NCBI GenBank assembly: GCA_973895155.1
Contig: OZ316898.1
Location: forward strand, 622,751-686,750
Source: Marsupella aquatica
Taxonomy: Eukaryota > Plantae > Marchantiophyta
DNA: 64,000 nt
Direction: 5' to 3'
Shown here: in pieces, positions 23,458 to 38,246 of the stretch
Layout of the letters: every line of letters starts with the position of its first letter
Position numbering within the stretch: the stretch's first letter is position 1
Notes under the pieces: model-generated
What the model was told of the DNA's origin: nothing
What the model saw: only the letters and a program-made list of their open reading frames with translations
Databases searched by the model: none
Made by a program: the position numbers and the translations under genes

Positions 23458-25693
23458 TAGCTTCTTCTCTCAATCCCCCAGCCGTCGAGAATATCTCTAT
23501 TTAAGCTGGGTAGTGAAATCGGACCGCAACTTATACGAAATCTTCCCTTCAAACAACTGCGGGAGATCAGACAGGACCACGTCTCTGGGAATTCCTGTTC
23601 ACGCTTCGTCGTGAAATCGACCCGCGCCAAGGTATTCTTCTTCAAGCTGCGTCTTGAAGAAAAGGACCGCCCCTAATTGTGCGATATCTTCAAAGAGGAT
23701 CGATAAAACGCGATACCGACTTGAATTGAAGCTTAGGAGCAGTTCAAAGTTGACATCTCTTCGTTGCCTTCCGTGTCGCTCTTTCCATCGAAGGATGACC
23801 AAAGTTCAGAAGAGTTCCTTCCCGATTGGCTGGGAAAATTACGCACTATTCCTAATCCGAGGAGCTTATTTCGAAGACGAGAAGCGCATCTGCACATGCA
23901 GAAGGTGGTCGGAATGCTCAGGATTATCAGGTAAGCAGAAACGATTTCGTGGGGTGGATCAACCTGAGAGCAACAACGAAGGAGGATGAAATTCTGTACC
24001 TTTGCTCGAGCGATTCCCGAGCCAAGGAGCTCTACAGGACCGGAATTCTTGTGGTCCTGTCGATGCCGAAGGTGTGATGAACAGATCCCGCAAATTCCGC
24101 CTGACTCCGGACGATTCTTCGACCTGTCTACTTACAATCCCTTGCCAGCGTTCGACCGCTTGAGAGCCTCGGGGTTTAAATAATAAAAAATTACGAAAGA
24201 AAGCTCGACCGACGTTCAAAGATACCCTCATCGAAGTGGGCCCGACTTTCTCGCCAACCATCATTGTCTCCCCTTTCAACACTTGTCTCCCCTCCATTGG
24301 TTCCAGTGTCGCAACCTCATTAGTCTGGGAAGAATCCGCCAGACTGAATCGTGTCCTTCATACTTGTGCGCTTTCTTGGGGAAAACTTGCCAATGGTCAA
24401 ATAGGGCACGTCAGAATTGGAGTGGACGGGTGATGATGACCGGGTGCCCATTGATAGAACGGGATGGACTACTGTGGTAGCGCTAATCACGGGCAATGAC
24501 AATCAACTCTCATAAAACACAAGCCCCTGACTGTGAAGCCATCGCCTCCCGTCCCCATGCTTGGCCCACGACCTTGGGTGCGTGAGGCGGCCATACATGC
24601 GGGCTTTGGTACACCGCTTATTATCTCATAGGTGGATGAAAGTATTGCTCAAGGATAAGTTTGCTGGGTTCTGCACAAACCAAAATGAAGATCTCCATGA
24701 CAATTGCAAAATAAGTGAGCTTACGAGGATAGAGTAGGATCTCAATGGCTTGGACCCAATGAGATCTTTTTTTATTATAGTGGCTGTTATGATTGGAGTG
24801 GACAATATCGGAGTTCTTGATTGTGATATACTTGTTTGCCAATTCTTCAGCTCCTTTTCATGTTTCCTTGTAAGTATGGCATGTGCAAACCGGATCCACT
24901 GATACGATTCGCACCTATCCTTGAACTCCCGGTCCACTTAATTTTGCTGCAAGGAAGTGTGAATGCAAATTGACGTAAAGACTCTATGGAGATGGAAGCC
25001 GCTGCACGCATTCCAGAGAATTGAACTTCGAGTACACGACTTGAAAGTCTCCAGAAATTTCCGCACTTAAGCGCAACAAAAACCTGCTATTCGTGTCATT
25101 GGTGCACAAATATGCGACCTTCTTGCCACATTCGGGTCCACTTCCCTTCTTAGGGTCAGACAAGAAACGACTAATCAGTTCAAAATGACTAATCAGTTCA
25201 AAATGCCACCAATCAAACCTTTGGCAAATAATTTAGGACTGAACTCCGGGTCGTGCTATTCAATAAATCGTGTGAGTTGTCAATGACTTTTCGTAATTCT
25301 TTCGAACTGGAACGTGAATTTGGCCATGTACAATGTCTCACCTTGTCTCACCTTATTCAGGTCAAGGAGAATCACCCCTTTTGCTTTCGTCGAAAAGAAA
25401 TAAGATTCCGCTTTTGTAACAAATTCTCGCGGCAAAATTGCTCCACGGCTTCGGTCTCAAAAACCGCAAGGTCGTGATCACTACTAACACTGCACAAAGT
25501 GCATGTACATGGAGGTGCACAGCCTCGGAAGCACCTATTTTGACATAATTTGGAGCTCTACAAAACGAAGCAGTTGCTGTCAGAGTCACTCTCACATGCC
25601 TCCGTGATCTAGCTTGCCTCCATGATCTAGCTGTCAATTATTCCTGAACCAGAAGACCGAGGGTCTTGGTGCTTTAGTGAAAATAGATTGCAC

Positions 25694-28600
25694 TCAATCA
25701 CTGATCTCAGCCAACTCCATTTGGCGAACCCACATCCTCTCGTAGAAAGGACCATCATATCGCTGCAATGAATCAGGGTCCTCGGCGAAACAGACATAAT
25801 AAGTGGCTACTGCGCTCTCCACAACGGCCATGGTGATATAAGCCTGCAAACGTGCAGATTGACCGAGGCAACGATCAGAGCCATGCCGGTCAGAAGAGAG
25901 AACAGGTACATATTGCGTAAGGCTAAAAGATGGAATTACCAAGTGGATGCACTAGACATCACTTCTCTAGTCGGTTCTCTCATGAATTTACACGGCTATT
26001 GGCGGTACTTGCTTGGGTTTGGATACACAAAAATAGAACTTGAAGGATTAGGGAAGTACTTACAAGCAGAGAACCAATTAAGAACGAGACGACAGTGATG
26101 GTAATGGTGAGACTCTTGTGAGCCAAGAAAGTATAAATGCCTCCCACCAGCGCACTTAGGGAACCACCAACTCCACAAGCCAACATGAGAATGGTACTAG
26201 TAAGATCGTCATCGACAAGAACATCAACTTTTTGCACTCGAAGCATATCCCAGGTGTCCTTGGATGCTCTTAGAAATGGCTTCCCATAAATAGCAACCTG
26301 CCACAAACATAAGATTTCGTAAGTAGCAGATACTGAAGCCTGGGAAAGGCATCTCCATGCCAAAACGGTCCGCACTTGCTGCATCACAGTCCTTGAATGC
26401 TAATCAAATCTGTCTAGAATTCATTTTACGTCCACAAGGTATCAAGAGAGTTGCTGCAGTAAATCCCCATTCAAGTTAATACACAGGAAGAGCTTTAGTT
26501 GCAACAAGAGAAACTGCCGTCCGTTAGAAAGTCTAGCAATACGAAACAGAGAAAAACTATACCTGAATGTAACCCAATTTGTTGAAGTAACGAATCAGAT
26601 TTTCGTATATAGCTAAAAAGCACACCACACACGAAAACAGAAATTCGCTGGCTCCTGCGTGCGAATTAATGCGTCGTAACTACATCATGGCAAACACCGG
26701 TGTGAGACGTCTTCGTTTGGCTTAAGAGATGTAGTTGCAGGTTGGGAGTACATTCCTTGCAAACCGAACAAACAAACAGATGCCTGTTTCTCGCCAAATC
26801 TGAGGCCAAAATTGATACGCTTGGATCTCAAGGTGCATATCGTTAATGTATACGTCTCTCTGGGTGATAACAATGTGACTGGATACAGGTTTAAATAGAA
26901 CGGTGTGAACATCTTCCTGTTTATGTAACTCAGCCTGAGTTCAATTTGGGAAGGTCTTGTGCACATTACCAAATCTTAACTTGCAAAAAGTATTCCCAGA
27001 CAGATAAAAGCCTGCTTCCTGAAGATGCCTAAAACTCACCGCATGACATGGAGCCTCGACAAGTGGAACCAAGAGAGATCCAAAACAAATGCTCCCCAGT
27101 GATGTAGTGCAGGCTCGAAGAAGGGCGATAGGAGTTGTCATGCGTGACATGTTTTTTTCCTGGAAGTAAAACAACCCCACGGTCCCTGCAACAGTGACAC
27201 GGACTATGTTGCGGAAAACTTGCATGGTCCAGACCAGGCTTGCTACAAGTCCAGCCATAATCAGAGCATGCCGGGGCCGAATGCCAGAACCTGAGAAACC
27301 AAATATCCAGATAGCCACCCAACCGAGAGACACCAGTAGAAAGCTGTATGATACACCGTAGGTGGATGGGTGCGCGTTGCAAACTGAGATGACTTTCTTC
27401 AGCATTATACCTGCGAAAGGAATCCTGGAACCATGAAAGGAAAGTGTCGGTACTGGAAGAAGGACCACTTCCGCAAGTATTGGCACTCATCCTCAGTAGG
27501 TGCACACAAGAATAACGTTAGGACATCGTTGAAGTAGGTCACTGCATTCAGAAAGCACCTCGACTCAACAACTTACACCAAGCAGATAATATTCATTTCT
27601 CTGTAATTGTTTTTGATCCTTGTCCAGACCGTAAAAGTAGAAAACTCTCATACGGTTTTGATCCCGTTGTCCTGGAGTACTATTTCATACCAAGAATAAA
27701 TATTTATCAAGAAGAGCAGAATCATGGAGCGCAATGGACGATTAAAGAACAAGAATTTGCTAAGAAGAAGTCCTGTGCCTGCATCATGAAGTAGAAGAAT
27801 GAATATAGAGGTCCGTCAGACATGTTCCCACCTTTCACGGACAACAAATGCGTAGAGGGCTTGACAGAGGCCTGTAAAGAAGAAAGCGATTCCTATGAGC
27901 CCTGCACTCTTTCCAGTTGCTATCAGAACAATGCCGACCAGAATCATGAGCGCCGATCCTGTCCAAACTGTAAGGAGGATCATGGGCTCAGGGGCCATCC
28001 TTATAGCGTTTTGCCACAGGATGGCAAAAGCTGCCCCAGTGACAGCTGCTGAACCAAGCTGGGGCAACCAGTCATCGATATGGAACGTATTCGGGTCACG
28101 GTAGTGCTGTATAGTATGTGTCAAACCCTGCAAGCCGAAAATGATACACAGAGCTGTAATGCCTCCAATCTGAAGAAGGAAGAACAATCCAGCCCACACA
28201 TCCGTCCATGCACCACCAGTTGCACTCCCAGGGTTACCTCGGTGAGGTGCAACCTCCTGCGAATGGCATCCACATGATCACATCATCATACACATGATGT
28301 GAAAGAGTTCCTAGTCTATATGTATGAAGAGCTAGCTACATGTAAAAAGTGCTAACAAATTTTTAGTGATAAATGCGTACAAATTAATCAGACTCGTTTC
28401 TGTCAGCAACAATACGCACGCATACAAAGCATTCAAGGTAGTAAAAGGTTAGAGCAAGACGAATCTACACTGTTAATTCTTTGTCGTGTTCATTAAACTA
28501 CTAACCACATTAAAGTTAACATCTTAGTGTACGATGCTCTCTTTCAAGTTTCGTAGCGTAGTTCACAGTTCTGATCATGGCCTTGTGCTGGGTTTTTTTT

Positions 28601-30893
28601 TTCATAGCTGACTAGTTCTAGAATTCAGCGGTTTAATAATTCACTTAGGAGTCTCCTGGGTTTTAAAGTACGGTTAGACAATACATCGTCCGTTAATCTT
28701 CGAATCCCAGCTCACGTCTCTAAAGCTCAACCCAGAGCATGATTTCTTTGCTGGCAGGAAAGGGGTTTCCTATTAGGCTTCGTGGTGTGTTATCTCCTAT
28801 CTCATGCGTTCTGCAATGTCCTACGGGTTAAATGTCCTATCCTTCAAGAAGAAACATAGGAAACCTCATTCGGGCCGCTACTGAAATTGCTACATTCCGC
28901 ACAGCATTTCTAAGCAAGCAGACCTTAATTGTCTTGTAAGTCAGATTTCCAACGCTCCTGGGGTAATGCCGTAGACTTTACAAAGACAGAATTGGACTTG
29001 TCGAACTAGGCGTCAGTTTGGACAATTTGCCCATTCCTGGTACCTAAAATGCCAAACAAACAGGTTAACATCGTTACGCAAGGTTGGCAGGCCAAAGAGG
29101 AAACCAACCTTCAGCTTCTCGTCTAGCTCGATGGGCATAACGTTTGCGGTGAAGATGGCGTCATGTTCCAGACCAGGACGACGTGGCGGTGGTTCTTGAG
29201 GACTATGAGCCGTGTATCCACTCGGCTGCTTCTTTTGAGGACGATAAAATAGACATTCAGGAACAGGAGGAGAGCCCCCACGACCACCCGCGCCTTCAGG
29301 AACCCGCTGAGTAATGGCATACCGGGGGGGGACACCAAGAAGAGGAGCATCTCTTCGCTCCAGGCCTGTCGGAGGGGGCAGTGCTCCATAGACATCAGGA
29401 GAAGGCTCGAATCTACCACCTAAACCTTTATAACGTGGGGAAGTAGACCCGAGAGGACCCCACGGACCACCAAATCTATCGGGAGGGGAGCCATCTCGAG
29501 TTTGGGGTGGAGCTGGGTTAGCCCCAGAATATGTAATTAGCTCTAGTGGGGATGAACCTGCCAAGAATACTCTGCCAGGAGAATGCGGGCGAGCTGGTGC
29601 TCCTGCGAAAACGTAAGGAGGAAACCGAGGCAATCCAGGATCAGCACCAGGAGGTGGAGCGCCGGGGGGAAATATTTCTGGTTGTTGTGGAAGAGGTGTG
29701 CCAACGTCCATGTATCCTGGAGGGCCTGGAGGAGGGCCGCCAAGAAATTGACTGGGACGACCGAATCCTGGCGTTCCAGGTTCTGGAGGAGGTCCATCCG
29801 GACCTTGCTTTTGAGTAATATCCTCTGCATACCCTGCAAGACCAGCTCCAGCAGCACCTTCCACTGCTGCTGCTGCAAGTTGTCGAGGTTCTGCTCCCAA
29901 TCTGCCTGGAAGATTTTCTTTGTAGCCTGGTGGACCTGAGGGCCCTGGAGCATCTTGAGGACGTTTGGGAGAGGTAGCTGTAAATTGTCGAGGAGGAAGT
30001 GCACCACTTTCAAATCTTGGTGGAGGAGAGCTGTCCGCTCGATCATATACCTCTCTAGGACCACCACATGGAGCACTCGGAGGAGAGCCTCGTCTAGGAG
30101 AACCTCCGAATCTCGTTGGAGCATCGTCAGCATACCGCGGAGGAGAATCATCACGGACTTGATGAGGAGAGCCTCTAAATCTACGAGGCTGGTCTTCTGC
30201 AAAGCCTGCACTTGGAGGAGACCCGTCATATGGTTGTTGAGAAACGGCATCTCCGAATCTTCGAGGAACCTCCTCCGCAAATCGTTTTGGAGGTGATTCA
30301 TCATATACATATCGTCTGAATTGCCGAGGGGAGTCCCCAAATCTACGAGGGGATTCATTTACAATTCCACTGGGAGGTGGAGGAGGGCGAAAATATCCTG
30401 GGGGAGGGCTAGGACTTTCGCTTTCTGAATGGTATGTCTTCTGAGCCCCTGAAGGCCCAGCGGATCCGGGAGGAGTTTCTTCCAGAAATCCAGGGTGGCC
30501 ACGGTCATCAATGTCATCTGGAAGAGGTGCATCTTCGGAGAAAGGACGTGAGAAAGGGCCTCCTACATGATGACTGCGTGGTCCTTCGTGAGAATATCTA
30601 TATGGAGGGCTGTCCTCTGGCGATAAATGAGGTGGAAGGTTTGATCTTCTACTTGCGAATCTGCGTGGAGGGCTCTCTCGGTAACCTGCAGGAGGCCGTT
30701 CCGGAGGGCTATCACCTACGAATCTTGGAGGTGAAGGGAAGCCACCACGAGGAGGGCTCTCTAAATACCCAGGTCGATCATCAAAGTGTGTTGTCCTGCG
30801 AGGGCCAACCGGAGGAGGACGTCCAGGGGGAGTCTTCATGGGTGGTGCTCGAATCACCGGGTAATCGTCAGGAGGAGGGCCTCTCCATAATGC
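25694..30893 (-). CDS. Choline-transporter-like (CTL/SLC44, PNS1-type) protein with long Pro-rich N-terminus. Exons 30893-29109, 28256-27832, 27424-27040, 26679-26563, 26297-26064, 25843-25694
   Basis: All junctions are GT-AG and phase-compatible. Motifs: WTDVWAGLFFL, RIPFA, VTVAGTVG..YF, TTSLGSICFGSL, YFNKLGYIQ|VAIYGKPF..ASKDTW, ESAV.TYYVCFAEDP. The start codon is uncertain (first in-frame ATG at 30839, or in an upstream exon). Confidence 0.88.
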
Positions 30894-33800
30894 CTGTCAG
30901 ACAAACTAGGCACAAGAGAGTCAATTGTGAACATCAGTAAGGAATCCATTTAGCCTATAACATGGTCGATCACCCATGTGCGGTACTACAAAAGAATGCA
31001 GTTCGTCTGGCTTGCTGGGCTTTGACATCAGTAGAACAAAGGTTCTCAAGCAAAGATTTCAACATACAGTCTCAATCTTGATTTGACAGCGATATCGAGG
31101 TTTTGCAATTTGTAAACTTAAGACCTTCGTCGAGGACTCCATTAACTGATGGACAGCAACAATCCTGAAGCTCACTATCCACACCCTGGATTCCATGATT
31201 GGATTCGTGAACTGCGAAAATCTCTCAAAGGCTGCATCAAACATTTTCAAGAGTTGATTTAACTCAGCCCCGTACCTTTCCTCGACCGGAATGCAATACG
31301 AAACCTTTAGGATACAGGGCTCGATCAGGCAATCACCATTATTCAGCTATCAAATCGCAATCACCTCCCGTTGTCGCAGCTCACGTGTAAGGTCACATTC
31401 CACCATGTTTCCGCAGTTCATTCAGATGCCTTACATGATGCCGTTCAGTCCATTCCTGCCGAAATTCGATTTTCTGACCTTAACAGCTGCGAGCCCACGG
31501 AACCAAATTGAAGGTCCATAAGACAAACTCGTAGTTCACACTGACAGGTTCATTCAATTTATGAAGCTCAATGTCACTAAACTCTGTTGGCGGAATTCAT
31601 GAAAGCACACATTCGCCTCCATAAACTAGGAGAAGCCACATCCCACTGGAAACCTCCATTCTCGAGATCATCGTGAGTAAGCAAACATTGCCGTATCTCT
31701 GCGCAGCAACTTCCACATGAAACCTCTCCATTTTCCAACAATCTACACTCGAACAAGATTTCGGAGCGTAAGCTGTAAGAGGCCCGCCTGCCCTCCTCCT
31801 CGAGGGCTTCTCGCGTACTAAGTCCAAACTCCACGTGGTATAAAAAAACAAACCAGACATCTAAATGCCTGGATTTCACGGGGTCTCAGTACAAGCAAAG
31901 GAGAGTTGAAGGAATTGACTTCCGCCCGCGGCCATTTTTCCGAAGCTGGTGGACAGAACTGTGTGTAAGTCTGATTGATACAGGTTTGAAAACGAAGATG
32001 GGGCAAGCTGTTGTCCTCGATTTTGTTGAACTGTTCCAATCGTCCTTGTTCATGACGGATATCTTATTGTACGAACATTTCATGGAGTCCATGACTAACA
32101 ACGTCTTCTTATGTGGCAACGGCGTGAAAGGTTGAGAGACAGTGCTCATTCGCGCAGCACAGCACAGTCTGTCAAATAGTCCTCAACCGTTGAACTACTC
32201 CTGATATGCTATTTTCCTTAATAGCGAATTTCGGATTCTGATTTGACCTTGACCAAAAACAGACGTTCTCGAAACCAATGTGGGGTGTGGGGAGAGGCGG
32301 TGCGAGGGACGAGCAATGCACAAAAATCTCATGTACTTCGACATTCCAACTCCTCTAATTATGGGCAGCTGGATTCATAGTCCACTCTGATTCGCTCCAT
32401 CTTGGATCTGCTTGTACTCCAAGGGCTACTTCAGCTCCTGCTGTCGTGTCAGTAGATCATCAAGGCCCCCGTGTTTCTCTCTAGCAAATTCTCTCACCGC
32501 TACGTCGATTCACAAATGCTTACGACAGTTTCTGCAATGCACTTCAATCTCAGTCGAAACAAGTTGAAATTCTTCCGAGTGCACACGCATATTCTTACCT
32601 CATTCGCTCGCCTGGTACTCACGCGCGCTTGCAGCACATAATCACCGAGTCCCGCCTGCGCACCACCACTCGCAGCGCTCCTGCTGTCACTACTACTGTA
32701 GACGACCTGAGCTCTTGGAAATGAGCCAGCGTCATCATCGAATCAAGGGAGAAAATCCCATTTTCCTCGACCTGCATATCGCGATGTCCTCGTCTTCGTC
32801 ATCGTGGCGAAAAGTGTTACTGGCTGACAGGTCCGTTGTCCCAACGTCATCGCCTCACCTCTCCTCTGCTCTCCTCCCGTTTCTTCGTAGGACTCTACCA
32901 GGACAGAACGGGACAGCCACCGCATCATCCAACTGCAAATTCTCTGCATATTACAGAATTAATTTACTAGTTTTTCTTGATGGGTCGACGCGAAATTTCT
33001 TTAATTTCAGGCGAAACGACGACAATCATCTCTGTACGTCGCTTTGCGTGTTATCTGTGTCTCTGCCCTCCGTAGTCGCGCGCTTTCCTTGGACGCTCGA
33101 TTGGACTACGGTACACAGTACACTCTCTCTTCAGGACCGACCGACGACTGATCAAGTAGTCTGTGATCAGTACAATAGAGTGTGCAGAGAACGACCAAGG
33201 AATAGGGAGCGCAGCATTGCAGCGGATACGATACGAGGCAAGCCGAGGAAGTAGAATAATAGAAGGAACCAGGATACACCGAGTTGCAATTATGCTGTCC
33301 TTTTTTGACTAAACAACATTGGTTTGCGTATAATTGTACGTAGTAGCGCAATTAAGCAAGTCAGGTGTCCGTTGCCTGACTTGCCTCCTCGACATTTGCT
33401 TCTGACATTTCCGAGTTAGCGCAGGCGTTGTTGCGTAAATTAATAATGTGCTCGAGGAAACGGCGTACCTTAAATTGGTGGGGATTGATGAGCGCGGTAA
33501 ATCTAGCAGGTGGTACTGTACATCATTTTGCCAACTACCGGACACGAAGAAGAGGTCCGGTTTCGTACCAAATCGAAGTGTGGAAAAACATGGGTCCCCC
33601 CAAAACGAACATTACTTTATAGTAATACACACACAAGGTGCTGTGTTCGAGAATCAGTAAAAGAGGGTGGTGTTCGTTAAAGATAACTAGCCTATTACCC
33701 GTTCATAAATAGAAATGAAGAAGGAAAACAACAAATTGCAAAACAATGTTATTATTCATTGTTGCCTCCATCCCTCTTTTTTTTTTAACTCACTTCTACT

Positions 33801-35119
33801 TGTCTTTATTGAGGGTCACTTTTAGTTTTGTTCGTGTAGCTGGCTATACAAGAACTAGAGGGCCCATTCAGGTATGGTGTATACCATTCAACATGGCAAG
33901 CAATGGGCCCTAGGAAACTGTTGAATGTGCAAAGCTTCTTTAGTCTAGAATTTCAGAACACCTCAAGAGATAGTCCAAACATTGGTTCAAGAGATTTGCC
34001 TTCATTAAAGTCGGTGTCACAAGATCAAAAAATTGAAGTTGATGTTTAGAATAGGAAGTGGCTCTTTTGATAGGCAGTTGGCGAAACTCAGGACAGGTGG
34101 GTTCCATTGGACCACCATTATCCGTTTTGACAATCCACTTCTGTCATTGGATTTCAAGTAGGTTACAGCATGCTCAAGTTTGAGCAATCTATCATAAATC
34201 TCTAGCTGTTACTTGTGTGCTTTGTAGAGGCTTACCCTTGGCTTAGAGTACATTCATGTTCCACTTACAGATTTAGTTGTGACACTAGATGTGTAACATT
34301 AGCTAATGGTAGATCATTTCCATGTTTTTCGTGCCCCCCCCCCCTCCCTAGATTTTTGGCATTTCCCTTTGCACACTTCTTTTGAGTTTTGCCTTTATCT
34401 TCATTTGCACCCTTCTTTTGAGTTTGGTGTTGTCTGCTTTGGACCTCTTTTGTTTTTTCCGCACCACACTTTGTTTGACCCTTTTCTGTAAATAAACTTA
34501 ATGTGTATATATTCCAGTTTTCTTTGGTGAAAAAAATCACAAGTGCCGCCAACGTAAAGCCACCCGGAATGCAGGGTCCTCTTATAGGATTTGTGTTTGA
34601 GTCAAGAGCCTTGTTACATTGTCCAAGCATGTAATCTTTGCTTTCTATTTAACCAGACAAAACAGGCTTTTGACTCAACTGAGAAGCTCTATCTCAAACA
34701 CAAGGCCCTACTTGATTCTAGCTTGTCACAATTTTCTGTTCAAATACTCTTTACGGACCCCCATAAGAGGTCTCTTGCAAATTCCCTGCCACGAGGTTGC
34801 GCCACATCATCACAACCAGCCACAAACAAGAATGATCCTATTTTTAACAATAACAAACATGCACATTCCTGTTTGTGACAAAAGCAACGTAATTTTTGGG
34901 GCGCCATGCCGTAAATATTGAACGTAAAAAAAACCAAAATACAAAGGGAGATATGTCATATAGTAAAATAAAGTTACCATTTTGATGTTTGTCAAAGATA
35001 TATTAGTGTTTTATATTAAAATACTTGTATTTTTTAATTGTTTGCAAGCTTGAAAAAACCAACCAATAGAAATGTACATAGTTAAAACCCCTTTGGCTTC
35101 ACATTGTAAAACTAATAAA

Positions 35120-35620
35120 TAATCAATCTCCTTAGTACTTGATAAAATCTGTCAATGTTTGATTCATTTAAAAAATCAAGATTTAGAAACTCGTGACCTC
35201 TTTAGTATTGTCTTGATAAAATCTTTCAATGTCACACTCATTGGAAAGCTAAAGTAAAATTAAAAACTCATCATCTCCTTAGTACTTGACAAAATCTATC
35301 AATGTTAGGTTCATAGGAAAGCTAGAGAAATTCAGATATTCATGATCTCTCTAATTCTTGACGAATAATCTCAATGTCACACATTAGAAAGCTAGAGAGA
35401 TTGAAAACCTCATGATCTCTTTAGTATCGTGACAAAATCTGACGTAAAATTTGTCAATGTCGAACTCAATGTTGGAAAGCTAAAAGAATTCATGGACTCA
35501 TGATCAAAATTTCTTATACCCACACTCATTGGAAAGGCAAAGAAATTCAAAAAGTCATTTGGAACTTGACAAAATTTGTCAATCTGAGGCTCATTGGAAA
35601 CCCTTTCTCGATTAAGAAAT
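35120..35620. repeat. Degenerate AT-rich tandem repeat, ~70-75-bp unit, about 6-7 copies
   Basis: Recurring atctcYttagtaYttgaYaaaatct.tcaatgt...cattggaaagcta. Confidence 0.7.
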
Positions 35621-36961
35621 ATCACAATCTCATCACCATCACATATTTAGCCGTTGAAAATTGATTTCTTTGATTACGTCGTCATCCCTTGTCCACAATG
35701 CTTGCCTCCCGGGTTGAATTTTTTGCATTTCTCTAGTTTTCAACTGAAGCTCACTCTGAACACAAGTTGACGCCAAATGCAACCTTTATGTCAAAGAAAC
35801 AATCGTTGGTCTCCCCCTCACACCATAGCTTTCTTAAATAAAAAAACTACGAATCTTTCATGTGAAGCGATGACTCGTTTGTTTTGTGTGTTCTTCCCAC
35901 CGAATCGACAAGAGCTCTTTTGCCAATAGCTAAGTGTTGTCCTCCAGTCTGTCTTGTGGCGATAATGTTCAATGTAACTCACAAACAATCAATCATGAAT
36001 GATAGAAACACGATTTCTGCAATGTGTAAGCAGAAACCGTCAAAAAACTCAATTCCTCCATATTCAACCTTCCGTTGATAAATCTCCTCTATCTTTTGAG
36101 CTTTTTCTTTTGTACGAGCACACACCAAGACCATCAGGAGACTCAAAACCGTCGATTACCGCCTTGTTGAAAATTGATTTCACTTCATCAAACACACCTT
36201 GGATGAACATGGGGGTCCACGGATTAATTGTATGAATAGTATGCTCCCCTGGGTGCCCAGAGAGGCATGGTTGTGTGGTAGCTCACTTGAGTTGAGACTC
36301 GTAGGTCTAGAGTTCAAATGTTGACTTGTTCTCTTTCTCTGGGGTTTCAAACTTTTTTAGAATTTATTTATTTTTAAGTATGCTCCTCTGGGCACACTAT
36401 GAGATTAGAAGGCCATAGGAAGGCAAACAAAGTACATTGATTGTAGACATTGCTCTATGGGGGTGTAAACTAAGGCACTTTACATAACCCTAGCCATCTA
36501 AAAACCAAATACAACCCCAACCCCAAATGAGGAGATTATTGTGTCAATTATAGAAGCCAAACCAAGTTTTCTTTACATGTTTCACCTCGCCCTTAAAACA
36601 AGGATGTATTCTCACAAAACCACATCTGCATGTGGTCTAGAAAATACACTTGGGCAACCATCATACTTAGGATTTTTTGTGGCCTCACTTGTATCCAATG
36701 TAGGATAGGGAGTCCAGTTCTTCCCAGTCACGACTACAAAGGAGACACTAAAATTTTGTGTATTCTTTCCAAGCTCTGTCCTCTGGTCTGCAATGATTAA
36801 GCTCCAGGCTTCTATCCTAACATAGAAAAGCTACTAGATACGGATTAGTTGGCTAGTGTCTTAAGATATATTTTATACAGGCCAAAGGCAATCACTGACT
36901 TTTTGAGCAATTTCTTCTAGTGGAAGTTAGACTCGCTGATAAGGCTTTGAAACAGTTCAAT

Positions 36962-36987
36962 TCTCTCTCTCTCTCTCTCTCTCTCTC
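36962..36987. repeat. (CT)n microsatellite
   Basis: Direct inspection. Confidence 0.9.
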
Positions 36988-38212
36988 AAATAAGAAAAGC
37001 CAAAGATAAGCTACCAGCTTCCATCGTTAGACTCCTTATACGTACTACAAGGGGGCAACAAGAATCATACGGTATAAGTGAAAAATACTACACAAACAGT
37101 ATTTTCATTATAAATACTTATCACTGCACACATTATGGAGCCCACTAAGGGCACTAGATATTCCAACCCAAAAGACTCGGCTTCCCGCTACATTGCCATG
37201 GCCCATAGAGCTATTGATTTCATCACCTTGTATCTAGACCGTCTATGGATCAGCCACCTAAAGCTGTTGCCCTAAAACAGGGCCTAAGGTAGCGGCGCTG
37301 CCAGGAGCAACCCAACAGCCAACTTGGCTCTACTATCACTTGACATTGGGCACATCCAAGAGAGCCACGAGGATCTAGCAAAGCAGAACACATGACACTG
37401 ACATGACAGAGTGAGCATCAGACACCCTGAGATAAGCAGCTCGTGAGAAGCACACCTTGTAAGGAGTGGGAGCTATAGCAGACATTCGTGGACAGCTGAG
37501 ATTCCTCAGCAATACGACACTCGAACCAACATGGGATCAAATCAGGCTCAAGTTTTCACTGTTCCTGATATTTATGTTTCTGTCTATTCATGTTATTACA
37601 GGCAATGTTGAAAACTGGAAAATGTAATGTTTGAATAAAGCTGATATGACTACTCTATCTCTGGTCCATGTCTCCCCGCAGCCGTTTGGACAATGCTGCA
37701 GAAACATGGGACCAAACATTATATTTCCTAAGACTAATGTTGATCTAGTGGTGGGGGCTGAACGAAGACACTGGATAAGTGAATGGATATAGTCCGTCCA
37801 TTCCCGGGAATAGATTACGGCCTATGCTTGAAGTAACACCGTCACCCAACATTGAAGTAACACTGTCACCCAGCATACACCCAGTAAGGTGCTAAGCAGT
37901 GCTGCGTGATAATATAAAACTGTCTATATTTTCTATACTTCATAAAAACAGAGTCCAACAAGAGTCGTCATGATCAACATGGATGGGAAATATATTGATG
38001 GTAAACAGTAGCATTTGGTTTCTACTAAATAGAGCTGTCTCTGACATGCATATGGCACATCTGTATCCTGAATGTATGAAACAATCCTGAATGTATGAAA
38101 CAAAACAGCGGATGCTATGTTTATGATGAACTATGAATCAATGCGCAGTGCTTAAGTGGCAATACGACCTGAAATATCTCAAGATGTGATACATCTATGT
38201 ATGTATAAAATG

Positions 38213-38214
<2 letters not shown>

Positions 38215-38243
<29 letters not shown>
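38215..38243. repeat. (CT)n microsatellite downstream of the WSD stop codon
   Basis: Direct inspection. Confidence 0.9.

Positions 38244-38246
<3 letters not shown>

Noticed and set aside
29543-30940. Long alternative-frame and antisense ORFs over the Pro-rich exon
   Set aside because: Shadows of biased, repetitive coding sequence; only the 614-aa frame splices in phase to the CTL exons.
32715-33254. 179-aa plus-strand ORF upstream of the CTL gene
   Set aside because: Non-ATG start and no recognisable domain; more likely the promoter/5' UTR region.
36718-36734. TTCCCAGTCACGAC, matching part of the M13 forward primer site
   Set aside because: Only 14 bp with no flanking lacZ or vector sequence; treated as chance.
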